From Hormoscilla sp. (GTDB lineage Bacteria; Cyanobacteriota; Cyanobacteriia; Cyanobacteriales; Desertifilaceae): a stretch of DNA of 64,000 nt. Every line of letters begins with the position of its first letter. Positions within the stretch are counted from its first letter, which is position 1. The notes under the pieces are model-generated. The model did not search any database. It worked only from the letters and a program-made list of their open reading frames with translations, and was not told where the DNA came from. Shown in pieces: positions 44,051-55,462 of the stretch. A program made the translations under genes and the position numbers. The DNA is taken from positions 32,001 through 96,000 of the forward strand of contig JBFRWI010000002.1 in assembly GCA_051439505.1 (NCBI GenBank), read 5' to 3'.

Positions 44051-44120
44051 GACTCAGACATATTCTTTCTCCTGTTTTTACTTCAACGCTAACGCAACGC
44101 TAAATTTTAGCTATACTTCT

Positions 44121-44129
44121 ATTATAACA
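44121..44129 (-). promoter_or_regulatory. Extended -10 (TGTTATAAT) facing the omega RNA/iscB
   Basis: Plus strand reads ATTATAACA. Confidence 0.45.
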
Positions 44130-44179
44130 TAGATTGAAGCGAAACTCAACTTGCATTGCTGCTGTTGGGTTTCGTACCT

Positions 44180-44319
44180 GATACTGTTGGCCAATTAATT
44201 GGGGGGTATGACCCATTATCAGCCTCAAATGCTGATTGGGCTTGACTTTCCCCCCCCCTCCCCCCCTCCCTCCCTCACCCCCTCAGACGCCCCCGAATTG
44301 GTAATTCGCCAACAGCATC
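44180..44319. mobile_element. 140-bp MITE inserted into a GTAGGTTGGGTTGAG..AAACCCAAC REP
   Basis: 18-bp TIRs (16/18 match) and an 8-bp flanking duplication TCGTACCT / CCGTACCT. Confidence 0.7.
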
Positions 44320-44346
44320 CCGTACCTCAACCCAACCTACATGAAT

Positions 44347-45072
44347 TTAGGTAGAACGCGCCTGGGCAAACCGTTTATTCACTTCATCCCAGTTCACCAC
44401 ATTCCACCACGCCTTCAGGTACGCACCCCGATCGTTCCTGTAGTTGAGATAATAGGCATGTTCCCAAACATCATTTCCCATGATGGGATATTTGCCCTCC
44501 ATCAAGGGACTATCCTGGTTAGGGGTACTCATCACCTCCAACTTGCCATCAGCAGTATAAACTAACCAGGCCCAACCACTGCCGAAACGCTTGCTGCCAG
44601 CATCGTTGAATTGTTCTTGGAACTTGGCAAAGCTGCCAAACGCGGCATCCATGGCAGAGGCGATCGCCCCAGTTGGCTTCCCGCCAGCATTAGGAGCCAT
44701 AATTTCCCAGAACATCTTATGATTCACATAGCCGCCGCCATTATTGCGCACCGTTGTCTGGATATCTGCGGGAATACTTTTAATATTGAGCAGCAGTTCT
44801 TCTCCGCTGGTGCCTTTCAGTTCCGGATATTTGTCTAATGCCTTATTCAAGTTCCGGGTGTAACCAGCATGATGTTTGTCATGGTGAAACTTCATCGTTT
44901 CCGCATCGATGTATGGTTCCAAGGCATCGTAGGCATAGGGGAGAGGCGGTAACTCGAAACTACCCGCGTTCTGTTCCCCTGAATTGTCCCCAGATGCCTG
45001 GCAAGCACCGAAAGTGATGGCACCGACCCCGACTCCCAGCATATACAAGAAATTCCGACGATTTACAACCAT
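44347..45072 (-). CDS. sodA: Mn superoxide dismutase with Tat/lipoprotein leader
   Basis: NRRNFL..FGAC leader; HHDKHH, NNGGG (Mn-type), [16 protein letters not shown]. Confidence 0.88.
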   Translation of the reverse strand: MVVNRRNFLYMLGVGVGAITFGACQASGDNSGEQNAGSFELPPLPYAYDALEPYIDAETMKFHHDKHHAGYTRNLNKALDKYPELKGTSGEELLLNIKSIPADIQTTVRNNGGGYVNHKMFWEIMAPNAGGKPTGAIASAMDAAFGSFAKFQEQFNDAGSKRFGSGWAWLVYTADGKLEVMSTPNQDSPLMEGKYPIMGNDVWEHAYYLNYRNDRGAYLKAWWNVVNWDEVNKRFAQARST

Positions 45073-45131
45073 AATTACATCTTTCTCAATTCTCAATTAA
45101 CAATTGCTCAATTCTGGCATTGCCAAATAAA

Positions 45132-46322
45132 TTAGGCAGATCTTGACTGAGAGAGGCGTTTTACTTCTTCACCTCCTAGCAACTGATGCGCCTCTTCTAG
45201 TAAAGCAGGGATTTTGTCTCCATGGGGACTATTCGCCAGACATTCGCGCAAGTCCATTTCCCGAACCCGCGAGGCATTATTTCCCGGAAACCAGTGACCT
45301 GCGTTACCCAGCAGATTATAGCGCCCTTTGGCATAGTCAATCATGTCGTAGGCCAGGGCGAGATTCCTCAACCACAGGATAACGGGAATATTGATGTTAC
45401 CAGGCGTGTGATCGCACTCGGGTAATCCCACATGCCAGGTTTTCACCCAATCTTCCCCCAGAGTAGTAATTGCCTCCCGTTCCAACCGCCCTAAAATCGG
45501 CGGCAATATCTCTCCCGCCCGGTCTAATAGGGGCAAAACCTGCAAGTGTTCGTCAAAATCCGTCGGTCGTGCCACCCCCACACTGAGAGTATGTACCTGC
45601 TTGTGAGAAAGACAAAACAGGTCATTAAACTGCATCGGAAGAAGGGGTTTACATAACTCTAGCAACTTGGGCGGCGGATCGTAAAGTTTCCCCCCCTTAT
45701 CGGAAGGACTGATGATGAAAACACCCAGATCGTGACGTTGCGCAGCTTCTATAGCAGGCCAGTTAACTTGATTGATGTAGTACCAGTGGAGATTCACGTA
45801 GTCAAACTGGTCGGTTTCAATAGTTTTGACAATGATGTCCGTCGGACCGTGAGTCGAGAAGCCAATAAACCGCACCTTGCCTTCCTCTTGCAGCTTCCGG
45901 GCCACCTCCAGACAGCCACCCTCTCGGATACTCTCGTGCAGCAACTCCGCCGTATTGATACCTTGCAGGGAGAGCAAATCAACATGGTCCAGCTTCAGGA
46001 AAGCCAGGGACTGCTCGAAATCACGCCGAAACTCGACAGTGTCTGACCGGGGACTAATCTTGGTCTGGACAATTATCTGTTCGCGAGGAAACTGGGGCAA
46101 AAGCTGGCCTAGTTGCATCTCCGATGTGCCATAGATCCTAGCCGTTTCAAAGTGATTGATGCCGACTTCTAAAGACCGACGAATATTTGCTTCCAGATTG
46201 CACTGGTTCTCCTCTGGAATCGAAGATATTAGCACATCCTCCCACTTATATTGATAGCGCATGCCACCGCAGGAGAATACTGGCATAAGTAGTTCTGTGC
46301 GCCCAAATCGTCTGTATTCCAT
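45132..46322 (-). CDS. Aldo/keto reductase family oxidoreductase (copy 2)
   Basis: [31 protein letters not shown]. Confidence 0.88.
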   Translation of the reverse strand: MEYRRFGRTELLMPVFSCGGMRYQYKWEDVLISSIPEENQCNLEANIRRSLEVGINHFETARIYGTSEMQLGQLLPQFPREQIIVQTKISPRSDTVEFRRDFEQSLAFLKLDHVDLLSLQGINTAELLHESIREGGCLEVARKLQEEGKVRFIGFSTHGPTDIIVKTIETDQFDYVNLHWYYINQVNWPAIEAAQRHDLGVFIISPSDKGGKLYDPPPKLLELCKPLLPMQFNDLFCLSHKQVHTLSVGVARPTDFDEHLQVLPLLDRAGEILPPILGRLEREAITTLGEDWVKTWHVGLPECDHTPGNINIPVILWLRNLALAYDMIDYAKGRYNLLGNAGHWFPGNNASRVREMDLRECLANSPHGDKIPALLEEAHQLLGGEEVKRLSQSRSA

Positions 46323-46444
46323 GGGTTTTAGTGGGTTGGGTATCAGTTCAATCCTATGTAGTCTGCCCGCTATAGATCGCCAATTTATCTTATAATCTTT
46401 TGCTCAATTAACAATTGCTCAATTAACAATTGCTCAATTAACAA

Positions 46445-47626
46445 TTACGACTGAGAAAGGCGTTTTACTTCTTCACCTCCTAGCAACTGATGGGCCTCTT
46501 CTAGTAAAGCAGGGATTTTGTCCCCGTGGGGACTATTCGCCAAACATTCGCGCAAGTCCAGTTGCCTCACCCGCGAAGCCTGATTTCCCGGAAACCAGTG
46601 ACCTCCGTTACCCAGCAGGTTATAGCGCTTTTTGGCATAGTCAATCATGTCGTAGGCCAGGGCGAGATTTCTCAACCACAGGATAATGGGAATATTTATG
46701 TTATCAGGCGTCCGATCGTACTCGGGTAATCCGACATGCCAGGTTTTCACCCAATCTTCCTCCAGAGTAGTAATTGCCTCCTGTTCCAATCGCCCTAAAA
46801 TCGGCGGCAATATCTCCTCCGCCCGGTCTAACAGGGGTAAAACCTCCAAATGTTCGTCAAAATCTGTGGGTCGCGCCGCCCCCAAACTGAGAGTATGTAC
46901 CTGCTTGTGAGAAAGACAAAACAGGTCATTAAACTGCATCGGACTAAGGGGTTTACAGAGTTCTACCAACTTGGGCGGCGGCGCGTAAAGTTTGCCCCCC
47001 TTATCGGACGGACTGATGATAAAAACACCCATATCCTGGCGTTCCGCAGCTTCGATCGCAGGCCAGTTAACTTGATTGATGTAGTACCAGTGCAGATTCA
47101 CGTAGTCAAACTGGCCAGTCTCAATAGTTTTGACAATAATGTCTGTCGGACCGTGAGTCGAGAAACCAATAAACCGCACCTTGCCTTCGGTTTGCAGCTT
47201 GCGGGCCACATCCAGACAGCCACCCGGTCGGATACTGTCGTGCAGCAACTCATCAGTATTGATACCGTGTAGGGACAGCAAATCGACATAGTCCAGCTTC
47301 AGGAAAGCCAGGGACTGCTCAAACAGACGCAGAAACTCGACTGTGTCTGACTTGGGATAAACCTTGGTCTGGACAATCAGCTGTTCGCGAGGAAACTGGG
47401 GCAGAATCTTGCCCAGCTGCATCTCCGAGGTGCCATAGTCCCTAGCCGTTTCTATGTGATTGATGCCGACTTCCACAGACCGGCGAATAGTCGCTTCCAG
47501 ATTGCGCTGGTTGTCCTGGGGAATCTCCGATGCTGGCAGATCCTGCCACTTGTATTGATAGCGCATACCGCCGCAGGAGAATACTGGTATTTGCAATTGA
47601 GTGCGCCCAAATCGTCTGTATTGCAT
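46445..47626 (-). CDS. Aldo/keto reductase family oxidoreductase (copy 1)
   Basis: Close paralog of 45132-46322. Confidence 0.88.
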   Translation of the reverse strand: MQYRRFGRTQLQIPVFSCGGMRYQYKWQDLPASEIPQDNQRNLEATIRRSVEVGINHIETARDYGTSEMQLGKILPQFPREQLIVQTKVYPKSDTVEFLRLFEQSLAFLKLDYVDLLSLHGINTDELLHDSIRPGGCLDVARKLQTEGKVRFIGFSTHGPTDIIVKTIETGQFDYVNLHWYYINQVNWPAIEAAERQDMGVFIISPSDKGGKLYAPPPKLVELCKPLSPMQFNDLFCLSHKQVHTLSLGAARPTDFDEHLEVLPLLDRAEEILPPILGRLEQEAITTLEEDWVKTWHVGLPEYDRTPDNINIPIILWLRNLALAYDMIDYAKKRYNLLGNGGHWFPGNQASRVRQLDLRECLANSPHGDKIPALLEEAHQLLGGEEVKRLSQS

Positions 47627-47796
47627 GGGTTTGAGTGGGTTCCGAATCAGTTCAATCCTATGTAGTCTGTCCGTTAGTGCAGCAAGAAAGCGCGATAAGA
47701 TCAGCTCAAGTCCCCCTCATCGACACATCTGATGGGCCGGGTTTGGGGACTTATGACCATACCAGACCTACTGTACCTTAACTCACGTATGTGCAA

Positions 47797-48837
47797 ATGG
47801 ATATTTCTGAACTAGACCACTTGGAAAGTTCCGTGCAAGATTTGCTGGCCACGGCTAAGCTAGAGCTGGAAGCAACTCGCCTAGAGCAGCAACGAGACGA
47901 ACAGGTCCAAAAAGCTGTGGCCGAAATTCGCAAGCGAGTGGAACCTTTACTGGCCGAGGTAGAGCAAACCCTCGCACAGTTCGATAATATGAGTGTCAAT
48001 GGTAGTGCTATTCGCAAGAAACTAGAGGACAAAGCTGCAGCTCTGCACCGACAGCTAGAGGATGCTCCCGTCTTAGCAGCTCAGATTGCCGACCGTCAGC
48101 TGATTCTCAATGAGGAACGCTTACTAGACGAGCGACTGGCAGAGCAAACTGACCAATGGCGGCACGAACTCAAATCTGACTTACTCGATATGATTGCCGA
48201 ACAACAAGATTTCTATAGCGCTACCGATGGGGCGATCGCGATCCGGGCTTATATGGATGACCTCAAAGCCATTGGTGCTCTAGAAGAAGTCGTCGATACC
48301 TTGATTGAGCAGATCAATACCCATTCTAAAGAGGGACCCGTTGCCCGCCTGCGGGGTACTTACGAGCAAACCCTCAGCTTTATTTACGACAGAGCGATGG
48401 AGAACCGAGCGCGGGTGGAAACAGTTCGCAGCGTGCAACCGCGCACCCGCCATCGCATATCAGAAAAACGACCCAACCCCTACATAGATCTAGAGGGTAA
48501 GGTAGTAATTTTTGGCGGACATGACCGACTGGCTACAGCTGTGAAAACTCGTCTGCGGGATTCTAAGGTCAATCTGATCTGGTGTACGGCTCAAGATGGA
48601 TTACAGCTAGCTCAACAGGCGGAAAATCACATTGCTAATGCCGATTTGGTTTTGATTGTCACTGGTTATGCTAGTCACTCCCTAACAGAAAAAGCGATTC
48701 AAGCGGCCCAACGTGCAGACATAACTCCCGAAATGATTAACACTACAGGCATGACTAAAGTGTTGGAAGTTATTGAGTTAGGTCTGAAAACTAAACTCCT
48801 AGCTCGCCACTTAAACCAATCTTCCAGAGCAGTCTAA
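47797..48837 (+). CDS. Coiled-coil protein with C-terminal DUF2325-like domain
   Basis: E/Q/L-rich helical N-terminus; VVIFGGH..ADLVLIVTGYASH C-terminus. Confidence 0.65.
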   Translation: MDISELDHLESSVQDLLATAKLELEATRLEQQRDEQVQKAVAEIRKRVEPLLAEVEQTLAQFDNMSVNGSAIRKKLEDKAAALHRQLEDAPVLAAQIADRQLILNEERLLDERLAEQTDQWRHELKSDLLDMIAEQQDFYSATDGAIAIRAYMDDLKAIGALEEVVDTLIEQINTHSKEGPVARLRGTYEQTLSFIYDRAMENRARVETVRSVQPRTRHRISEKRPNPYIDLEGKVVIFGGHDRLATAVKTRLRDSKVNLIWCTAQDGLQLAQQAENHIANADLVLIVTGYASHSLTEKAIQAAQRADITPEMINTTGMTKVLEVIELGLKTKLLARHLNQSSRAV

Positions 48838-49002
48838 GCTATAGCAGATTAGGAATTGGGAGCATTATTTAGCTCCCAAGACGCCGTTATTTGTTAGTTG
48901 TCAGTTGGAACGTTGTTGGTTGTTGGTTGTTGCTTCGGAGTTTAACAGGTGGGCGGTGCCCACCCTACGGGCAATAACAATTAGCGATCGACCATCAACA
49001 AA

Positions 49003-49713
49003 TCACATTTCCTTCACTACTGGGTTTCCATCTTTAACCTCGCCCACTAGGACTAGGTCGGCGACCCCGACGAATAAACCATTTTCCAAAACGCCGGGAA
49101 GGTTATTGAGGGTCTTTTCCAGTTCTGCGGGGTTATCAATAGAGTCAAACTTGACATCGATCACCATATTGCCTTGGTCGGTGACTACGGGTCCGGCTTT
49201 TTTGACGCCCATCCGCAGTTCTGCTTTACCGCCCAGTTTCTCGATCGCACGCATCACCGGTGTCATGGCCATGGGAATCACTTCTACTGGCAGCAGGAAG
49301 GTGGAACCTAGCTTGTCTACCAGTTTTCCGGCGTCTACAACGACGATAAACTGGTCTGCCAGAGAGTCCACCACCTTCTCCCGAGTGTGGGCCGCGCCGC
49401 CGCCTTTGATCAGGTTCTTTTGCGGATCTACTTCATCGGCGCCGTCAATGGCAATGTCTATGCGGTCAACGGCATCCAGGGTGGTTAAGGGGATGCCGTA
49501 TTGCTTGGCCAGCACTTCCGCTTGAAAGGATGTGGGGATGCCTTGGATGTTTTTGAGGTCTCCTGATTTCAGCCTCGCGCCCAAATGCTCGATCGCGTAG
49601 GCCGTAGTCGATCCGGTACCTAACCCCACGATCGTACCAGACTGGACGCGGGCTGCTGCTGCTTTTCCGACTTCCCGTTTCATTACTTTTACCGGGTCAT
49701 TTTCCGTGCTCAT
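49003..49713 (-). CDS. rpiA: Ribose-5-phosphate isomerase A
   Basis: [25 protein letters not shown]. Confidence 0.97.
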   Translation of the reverse strand: MSTENDPVKVMKREVGKAAAARVQSGTIVGLGTGSTTAYAIEHLGARLKSGDLKNIQGIPTSFQAEVLAKQYGIPLTTLDAVDRIDIAIDGADEVDPQKNLIKGGGAAHTREKVVDSLADQFIVVVDAGKLVDKLGSTFLLPVEVIPMAMTPVMRAIEKLGGKAELRMGVKKAGPVVTDQGNMVIDVKFDSIDNPAELEKTLNNLPGVLENGLFVGVADLVLVGEVKDGNPVVKEM

Positions 49714-49924
49714 ACTTAAAACTCCCTTAAATCTCCCGATCTAACCTGTTGCCTAGGGTTATAGTTTGCTATAATTTCACCCCGTGGCAATTGTCAGTTT
49801 ACTATCTCTTGTCCCTTGACAGACATGATTTTATATTTTCTCATGCCTGTCAAGCCATGACTATATTGTAATATTGTATTACGCTAAGGGCATCCGAAAA
49901 TTAACAGGCGGAGTTAGCAAAAAT

Positions 49925-51745
49925 ATGAATAAACCCGTGATCGTCTGTATCGATGATGAACCGACAGTACTGGATAGTCTCACAATAGAACTAAATAAAT
50001 ACATAGGAGAGCAATGTCTGATTGAAACAGCGGAAAGCGGCGACGAAGCCTTAGAGTTATTGACAGAGTTGCTAGCGGAGGAGTATGAAGTTGCTTTAGT
50101 CATGTCTGATTATATCATGCCCGAGATGAAAGGAGATGAAGTCTTAAAGCGCATCCATGAAATATCGCCGAACAGCCTGAAAATAATGCTGACAGGGCAA
50201 GCAGATATCGAAGCAGTCGGTAATGCCATTAAGTATGCTAAGTTATATCGTTACATAGCCAAGCCTTGGCAGCCAGAAGACTTAAAATTGACGGTCAGAG
50301 AAGCGGTAAATAGCTATGTGCGGGATAAACAACTGGCTTCCCAAAATGTTCAACTTCAGCAAATGAATCAGAAACTGGAACAATTAAACCAAGAACAAGC
50401 GGCACTAATTACCAAACTACATGAAAAGGAGAGTCGGTTGAGACAGTTCTTAGAAGCGATGCCAGTGGGTGTGGGAGTGCTGGATGTTAATGGTAAACCC
50501 TACTACATCAATCAGAGGGCAAAGGAGTTATTTGGCAAAGGAGTAGTGCCAGATACAACTATGGAACAATTGTCAGAGGTATATCAAGTTTATCAAGCAG
50601 GCACAAAGGAGCAGTACCCGTCGGAAAAGTTGCCGATCGTGCGGGCTTTGCAGGGGGAAACTGTCACATCTGACGATCTGGAAATTCACCAAGGAGATAA
50701 GATTATTCCTGTAGAAATTTGGGCAACTCCTATCTATGACGAGGCGGGCAACATTGTCTATGGTATTAATGCTATTCAAGATATCACGGAACGCCAAGAA
50801 GCGGAAGCCGATCGGCAAAAGTTTATTGAAGACTTATTTGAAGTTAATTGTAATTTGGAACTGGCCCTGCAAGCGGAATCGGAGTTAACTACTGCTGCCG
50901 ATCGCTTCGTCCCTGATGAGTTTATCTCTTTTCTGGGACGTGAAAGCATTGTCGATGTCCAATTAGGCGATAATGTCCAGCAGGAGATGTCGGTACTATT
51001 TTCCGATATTCGTGACTTTACTACCCTGAGTGAAAGCATGACACCTTCGGACAGTTTCAAATTGATCAATGCCTATCTCTCGCGCATGGAACCGGCGATT
51101 AACGAAAATAATGGATTTATCGATAAATACATTGGCGATGCAATTATGGCATTATTTAGCGGCGGGGCAGATGATGCCGTTAAAGCCGCGATCGCCATGC
51201 TGAACATCCTGAGGGAATATAATACTACTAGGCAAAGGCCGGAACGACCACCGCTCTCGATCGGAATTGGCATCAATACAGGTGATTTAATGCTGGGTGT
51301 AGTGGGGGGAAAATCCCGCATGGATAGCACGGTGATTGGTGATACTGTTAATTTAGCATCTCGTGTGGAAAGCATGACGAAAAAATATCCGGTGTCCTTG
51401 TTAATCACCCATCATACTTTCTGGGGGTTGAAAAATTCCAGCGAATATAATCTGCGGATAATAGATAAGGTCAAGGTGAAGGGGAAATCAGAATTGGTGA
51501 CTATATATGAGGTGTTTGATGCGGATGCGGAAAAAATCAAAGAAGGAAAGTTAACTACAAAAACAGCATTTGAACAAGCTGTGGTGCTATATAATATGAA
51601 GGCTTTCACTGAGGCGGCCCAATTGTTTGCAGATTGTCTGGGCCAAAACCCAGAGGATAAAGTACCTCACATCTATCTGGAACGCTGTCAACAGAAATTG
51701 AATAATAGGGATTGGGGGGGGACTGGTGAATTCAGCAGTCAGTAG
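49925..51745 (+). CDS. REC-PAS-class III adenylate cyclase
   Basis: CIDDE receiver; PAS/PAC; FSDIRDFT, DKYIGDAIM, GDTVNLASR. Confidence 0.9.
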   Translation: MNKPVIVCIDDEPTVLDSLTIELNKYIGEQCLIETAESGDEALELLTELLAEEYEVALVMSDYIMPEMKGDEVLKRIHEISPNSLKIMLTGQADIEAVGNAIKYAKLYRYIAKPWQPEDLKLTVREAVNSYVRDKQLASQNVQLQQMNQKLEQLNQEQAALITKLHEKESRLRQFLEAMPVGVGVLDVNGKPYYINQRAKELFGKGVVPDTTMEQLSEVYQVYQAGTKEQYPSEKLPIVRALQGETVTSDDLEIHQGDKIIPVEIWATPIYDEAGNIVYGINAIQDITERQEAEADRQKFIEDLFEVNCNLELALQAESELTTAADRFVPDEFISFLGRESIVDVQLGDNVQQEMSVLFSDIRDFTTLSESMTPSDSFKLINAYLSRMEPAINENNGFIDKYIGDAIMALFSGGADDAVKAAIAMLNILREYNTTRQRPERPPLSIGIGINTGDLMLGVVGGKSRMDSTVIGDTVNLASRVESMTKKYPVSLLITHHTFWGLKNSSEYNLRIIDKVKVKGKSELVTIYEVFDADAEKIKEGKLTTKTAFEQAVVLYNMKAFTEAAQLFADCLGQNPEDKVPHIYLERCQQKLNNRDWGGTGEFSSQ

Positions 51746-51821
51746 TCAGTTGGTAGGGTGGGCATTGCCCACCATGTCAGTGGGTAGTGGTAAAATAACA
51801 ATTAACAACTAACAATTAACA

Positions 51822-52613
51822 ATGAAAATGCCTTACCTAGCCCGAATTTTAATTTACCCGATTAAAGCTTTGGATGGAGTTGCTGTCAAGCAAGCAAAGG
51901 TAATGACTGGCGGGGCGCTAGAACATGACCGAGAATTTGCTATGTTTGACGCTCGCAACAGGTTTGTCAATGCCAAGCGCAATGTTAAGGTTCATGAACT
52001 GAGGACTAAATTTGATGGCTCATTTGAAAAGGTGGCAATTCAGGCAGGGGAAGCAGAACATGTTTTTCATCTGCATCGGGAACGCAGTCAGATGGAAACA
52101 TGGTTGAGTGAATACTTGGGTTTGTCAGTCCATTTGCAGCAAAACTCACAGCAGGGCTTTCCAGATGATACTGAGGCTTTTGGCCCGACGGTAATTAGTA
52201 CGGAGACGATCGCCCAAGTAGCATCTTGGTTTCCGGGAGTGGGCGTCGAAGAGATGCGATCGCGCCTGCGGGCCAATATAGAAATAGAGGGGGTGCCAGC
52301 ATTTTGGGAAGACCGGTTGTTTGCTGCCGACAGTAATGCTAGCATATGGTTTAAGATCTCAGATGTGTTACTCGAAGGAGTAAATCCCTGTCAGCGTTGC
52401 GTGGTACCCACAAGAAACTCTCTGACTGGGGAAGCATACCCAGATTTCCAAAAGATATTCGCGGCCAAGCGGAAAGAAACTTTGCCGGAGTGGGTTGCAG
52501 CATCTCGCTTCAAGCATTTTTACAGAGTGAGTGTGAACACGCGCATCCCCCGATCGGAAGCGGGTAAGATTTTACAGGTAGGCGATGAAGTGCAGATACT
52601 GGAGGTGAATTGA
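51822..52613 (+). CDS. MOSC domain protein
   Basis: IYPIK, HDREFA, LRANI, PCQRCVVP. Confidence 0.85.
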   Translation: MKMPYLARILIYPIKALDGVAVKQAKVMTGGALEHDREFAMFDARNRFVNAKRNVKVHELRTKFDGSFEKVAIQAGEAEHVFHLHRERSQMETWLSEYLGLSVHLQQNSQQGFPDDTEAFGPTVISTETIAQVASWFPGVGVEEMRSRLRANIEIEGVPAFWEDRLFAADSNASIWFKISDVLLEGVNPCQRCVVPTRNSLTGEAYPDFQKIFAAKRKETLPEWVAASRFKHFYRVSVNTRIPRSEAGKILQVGDEVQILEVN

Positions 52614-52780
52614 GAATGGTGAATTGAGAATGGCGTATACGCAGTGCGCGTAGCGCTATGGAAAATGGAAAATTGAGAATGGAAAATTGATTGAGGTATA
52701 TTCGCGGCGATTTTCCATGCGATCTAAAAATGAAAAATGGCATGCTATCGACGATCTGCCTGATGATAGAATAATAATTG

Positions 52781-52870
52781 CAGTCGGTTTTAACCGACTT
52801 TAGCTGTTAGCCGGGGGTTTGAACCCCCGGCGGGGTAACTACTACTACGAGGATTTGAACCCCCGGCGGG
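52781..52870. repeat. REP AGTCGGTTTTAACCGACT..GCCGGGGGTTTGAACCCCCGGC
   Basis: Palindromic; partial copy at ~12588-12624. Confidence 0.75.
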
Positions 52871-52880
52871 TGAGGTGATA

Positions 52881-54275
52881 ATGACAAATACGCGCAAAGA
52901 AACGGACAGCATGGGGGAAATAGAAGTCCCCGCCGATCGCTATTGGGGGGCCCAAACCCAGCGATCGCTAAAATATTTCTCGATCGGGCAAGACAAGATC
53001 CCGGCAGAAGTAATTGCGGCCTTCGGGATTCTGAAAAAAGCGGCAGCCCTCAGCAATGCAGAATTGGGTAAACTACCAGAAGAGAAAGCTAAACTGATCG
53101 TGCAGGCGGCATCGGAAGTAATTGATGGTAAGCTGGATGGTAACTTCCCGTTGCATGTCTGGATGACGGGTAGCGGCACCCAATGTAACATGAATGTGAA
53201 TGAAGTGATCTCGAATCGGGCGATCGAACTGGCGGGGGGAGTAATGGGAAGTAAGAACCCCATTCATCCCAACGATCACGTGAATATGTCTCAATCTTCC
53301 AACGATACTTTCCCAACGGCGATGCATATTGCTGTCGCAGTGGCATGCGATCGGCGATTGATTCCGAAGGTGAAAAAGATGCGGGACGCCCTGCAACAAA
53401 AGTCGGAAGAATTTGCCGAGATTGTCAAGATCGGTCGCACCCATCTCCAGGATGCCGTACCTCTGACTTTGGGACAGGAATTCTCCGGTTATGTAGCCCA
53501 ACTGGATGCTGCTTTGCTGCGGATCGATCGGGTATTGCCGGAACTCTACGAACTGGCGATCGGGGGAACGGCGGTGGGCACGGGATTGAATGCGACCAAG
53601 GGGTTCGCTGCCACTGCTGTCAAGCACATTAGCAATATTACCGGATTACCCTTTACCGAAGCCCCCAATAAGTTTGCTGCGATCGCGGCCCATGATGCGA
53701 TCGTGATGGCCAGCGGATCCTTGCGGACTCTCGCTGGTGCTTTAATGAAAATTGCCTCCGACATTCGCTTTTTAGCAAGTGGTCCTCGTTGCGGTTTAGG
53801 TGAACTGATCTTACCAGAAAACGAACCCGGTTCTTCGATCATGCCGGGCAAAGTAAACCCCACCCAATGCGAAGCGATGACAATGGTAGCAGCACAAATC
53901 ATGGGCTATGATACCGCAGTGGCGATCGCGGGTTCGTCAGGACATTTCGAGTTAAACACCTATAAACCCATGATGGTGTTTAACGTCATTCAATCCATCA
54001 ATCTGATCGCGGACAGCTGCAACAACTTCACGGATTTTCTGCTAGCGGGACTAAAGCCGAATCGGAAGAAAATCGAGTATTATTTAGAACAGTCATTGAT
54101 GCTAGTGACGGCATTAAGTCCGACCATTGGCTATGACAAAGCTGCCCAAGTGGCGCACTTCGCCCTGGAAAAAGACATGACCTTAAAGCAAGCTTGTCTG
54201 GAATTGGGGTATGTTTCGGAAACGGAGTTCGATCGGATTGTCGTGCCTAGCAAAATGGCCCATCCAGAAATGTAA
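52881..54275 (+). CDS. fumC: Class II fumarate hydratase
   Basis: [38 protein letters not shown]. Confidence 0.97.
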   Translation: MTNTRKETDSMGEIEVPADRYWGAQTQRSLKYFSIGQDKIPAEVIAAFGILKKAAALSNAELGKLPEEKAKLIVQAASEVIDGKLDGNFPLHVWMTGSGTQCNMNVNEVISNRAIELAGGVMGSKNPIHPNDHVNMSQSSNDTFPTAMHIAVAVACDRRLIPKVKKMRDALQQKSEEFAEIVKIGRTHLQDAVPLTLGQEFSGYVAQLDAALLRIDRVLPELYELAIGGTAVGTGLNATKGFAATAVKHISNITGLPFTEAPNKFAAIAAHDAIVMASGSLRTLAGALMKIASDIRFLASGPRCGLGELILPENEPGSSIMPGKVNPTQCEAMTMVAAQIMGYDTAVAIAGSSGHFELNTYKPMMVFNVIQSINLIADSCNNFTDFLLAGLKPNRKKIEYYLEQSLMLVTALSPTIGYDKAAQVAHFALEKDMTLKQACLELGYVSETEFDRIVVPSKMAHPEM

Positions 54276-54358
54276 ATGGAGAATGGAGAATGGAGAATAG
54301 AGAATTGTGCGATTTTCCATTCTCCATTCTCAATTAACTATTCACAATTAGTCCGGTG

Positions 54359-54835
54359 TCATTCTTGCAATTGAAAAGTGAATATTTCCTCGATCGTCAT
54401 CGAATCAAACCAAGGTTGGCGGACGCGGATAAAGTCTCCACCTTCGGGATCGAAAGACTGGATAAATTGCTTGGTTCCTGCCAGTCCGAGAGCCTTCCGA
54501 AGGGCCTCAATTCCCATTTGCCGAATCTGGGCCTGAGTCAGCTTGCTAGTATCGAGAGCCGTCTCCAACCGGTGATGTGCTAAATCCTTTTGCTTTTTGC
54601 GATCCACCTGTTCCTCTTGCTGCTCTTGCTCTTTGGCTAATTCCACAATTTCCGCCAGGGTAATATCTCCGAGCAGTTGATCCCTATCTCGGGTATAATC
54701 GCCACTGCCGTTGGAAAATTGATGGATAAATCGCACCATACCCACCGACCCCAGAGCTTGACTTAGAGCTTCTCTTCCCGCTTCCATAATATCTTCGTGA
54801 GTTACCGGGCTAACTTCTATCATTGCTTCTATCAT
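54359..54835 (-). CDS. Putative antitoxin partner of the PIN toxin, two tandem copies of one domain
   Basis: G.EAL..ALG..G...FI..F....GD..R.R motif occurs twice; overlaps the end of the PIN gene. Confidence 0.6.
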   Translation of the reverse strand: MIEAMIEVSPVTHEDIMEAGREALSQALGSVGMVRFIHQFSNGSGDYTRDRDQLLGDITLAEIVELAKEQEQQEEQVDRKKQKDLAHHRLETALDTSKLTQAQIRQMGIEALRKALGLAGTKQFIQSFDPEGGDFIRVRQPWFDSMTIEEIFTFQLQE

Positions 54836-55277
54836 TGATAACCTCCTCGCTCCACCGAGCCGGGTTCTCTACTCTAACTTTTAGCATAGCGCTAGACCGA
54901 ACTGCCAAACGCAACATTCTGTCATCGGTTGTCAGCAATACGTCGGCATTGCCATTTTCGGCACAGGCGATATGTAGAGCATCAAAATATTTAAATCCTA
55001 GGCCAGCCAATTCCTGCGTTCGGGTGATTATATCATCGCTTAAGGTAACTTTATTTTTCGCTAAACCCGCCCAGAGCATCATTTGCTGTTTTCTTTCGAC
55101 CGTAGGGGTCCGAGCTAACTCTATATCAATCGCCGTGCTACCCAACAAGTGCCACTGAGCATTTCGACAACGGTCTATTATGAGTTCTACCGCCTGCGCT
55201 TCCAGACTCACCCGTTCTTGGCTCAGATCGTCAAAAGGCCGATTCAGGCAACAAATATCTAAATAGATTAAAAACAT
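54810..55277 (-). CDS. PIN domain (VapC-like) protein
   Basis: IYLDICCLNRPFDD, FDALHIACA, LLTTDD. Confidence 0.88.
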   Translation of the reverse strand: MFLIYLDICCLNRPFDDLSQERVSLEAQAVELIIDRCRNAQWHLLGSTAIDIELARTPTVERKQQMMLWAGLAKNKVTLSDDIITRTQELAGLGFKYFDALHIACAENGNADVLLTTDDRMLRLAVRSSAMLKVRVENPARWSEEVINDRSNDRS

Positions 55278-55462
55278 AATTTTTCCTCCTTAATTGATCT
55301 TTTCATGATAACATTTTTGAGGTGGCATCGCAGATAGATAAACAATTATTTTCGCTCTCAGGGTATTTATACCCATATTTTTTGATCCTGAATGCTATAA
55401 CTTGTGGCTTCACAGAAAGGTATTGATGTTATACTAGAAATAAACCCCTAATTTTTGCACTC

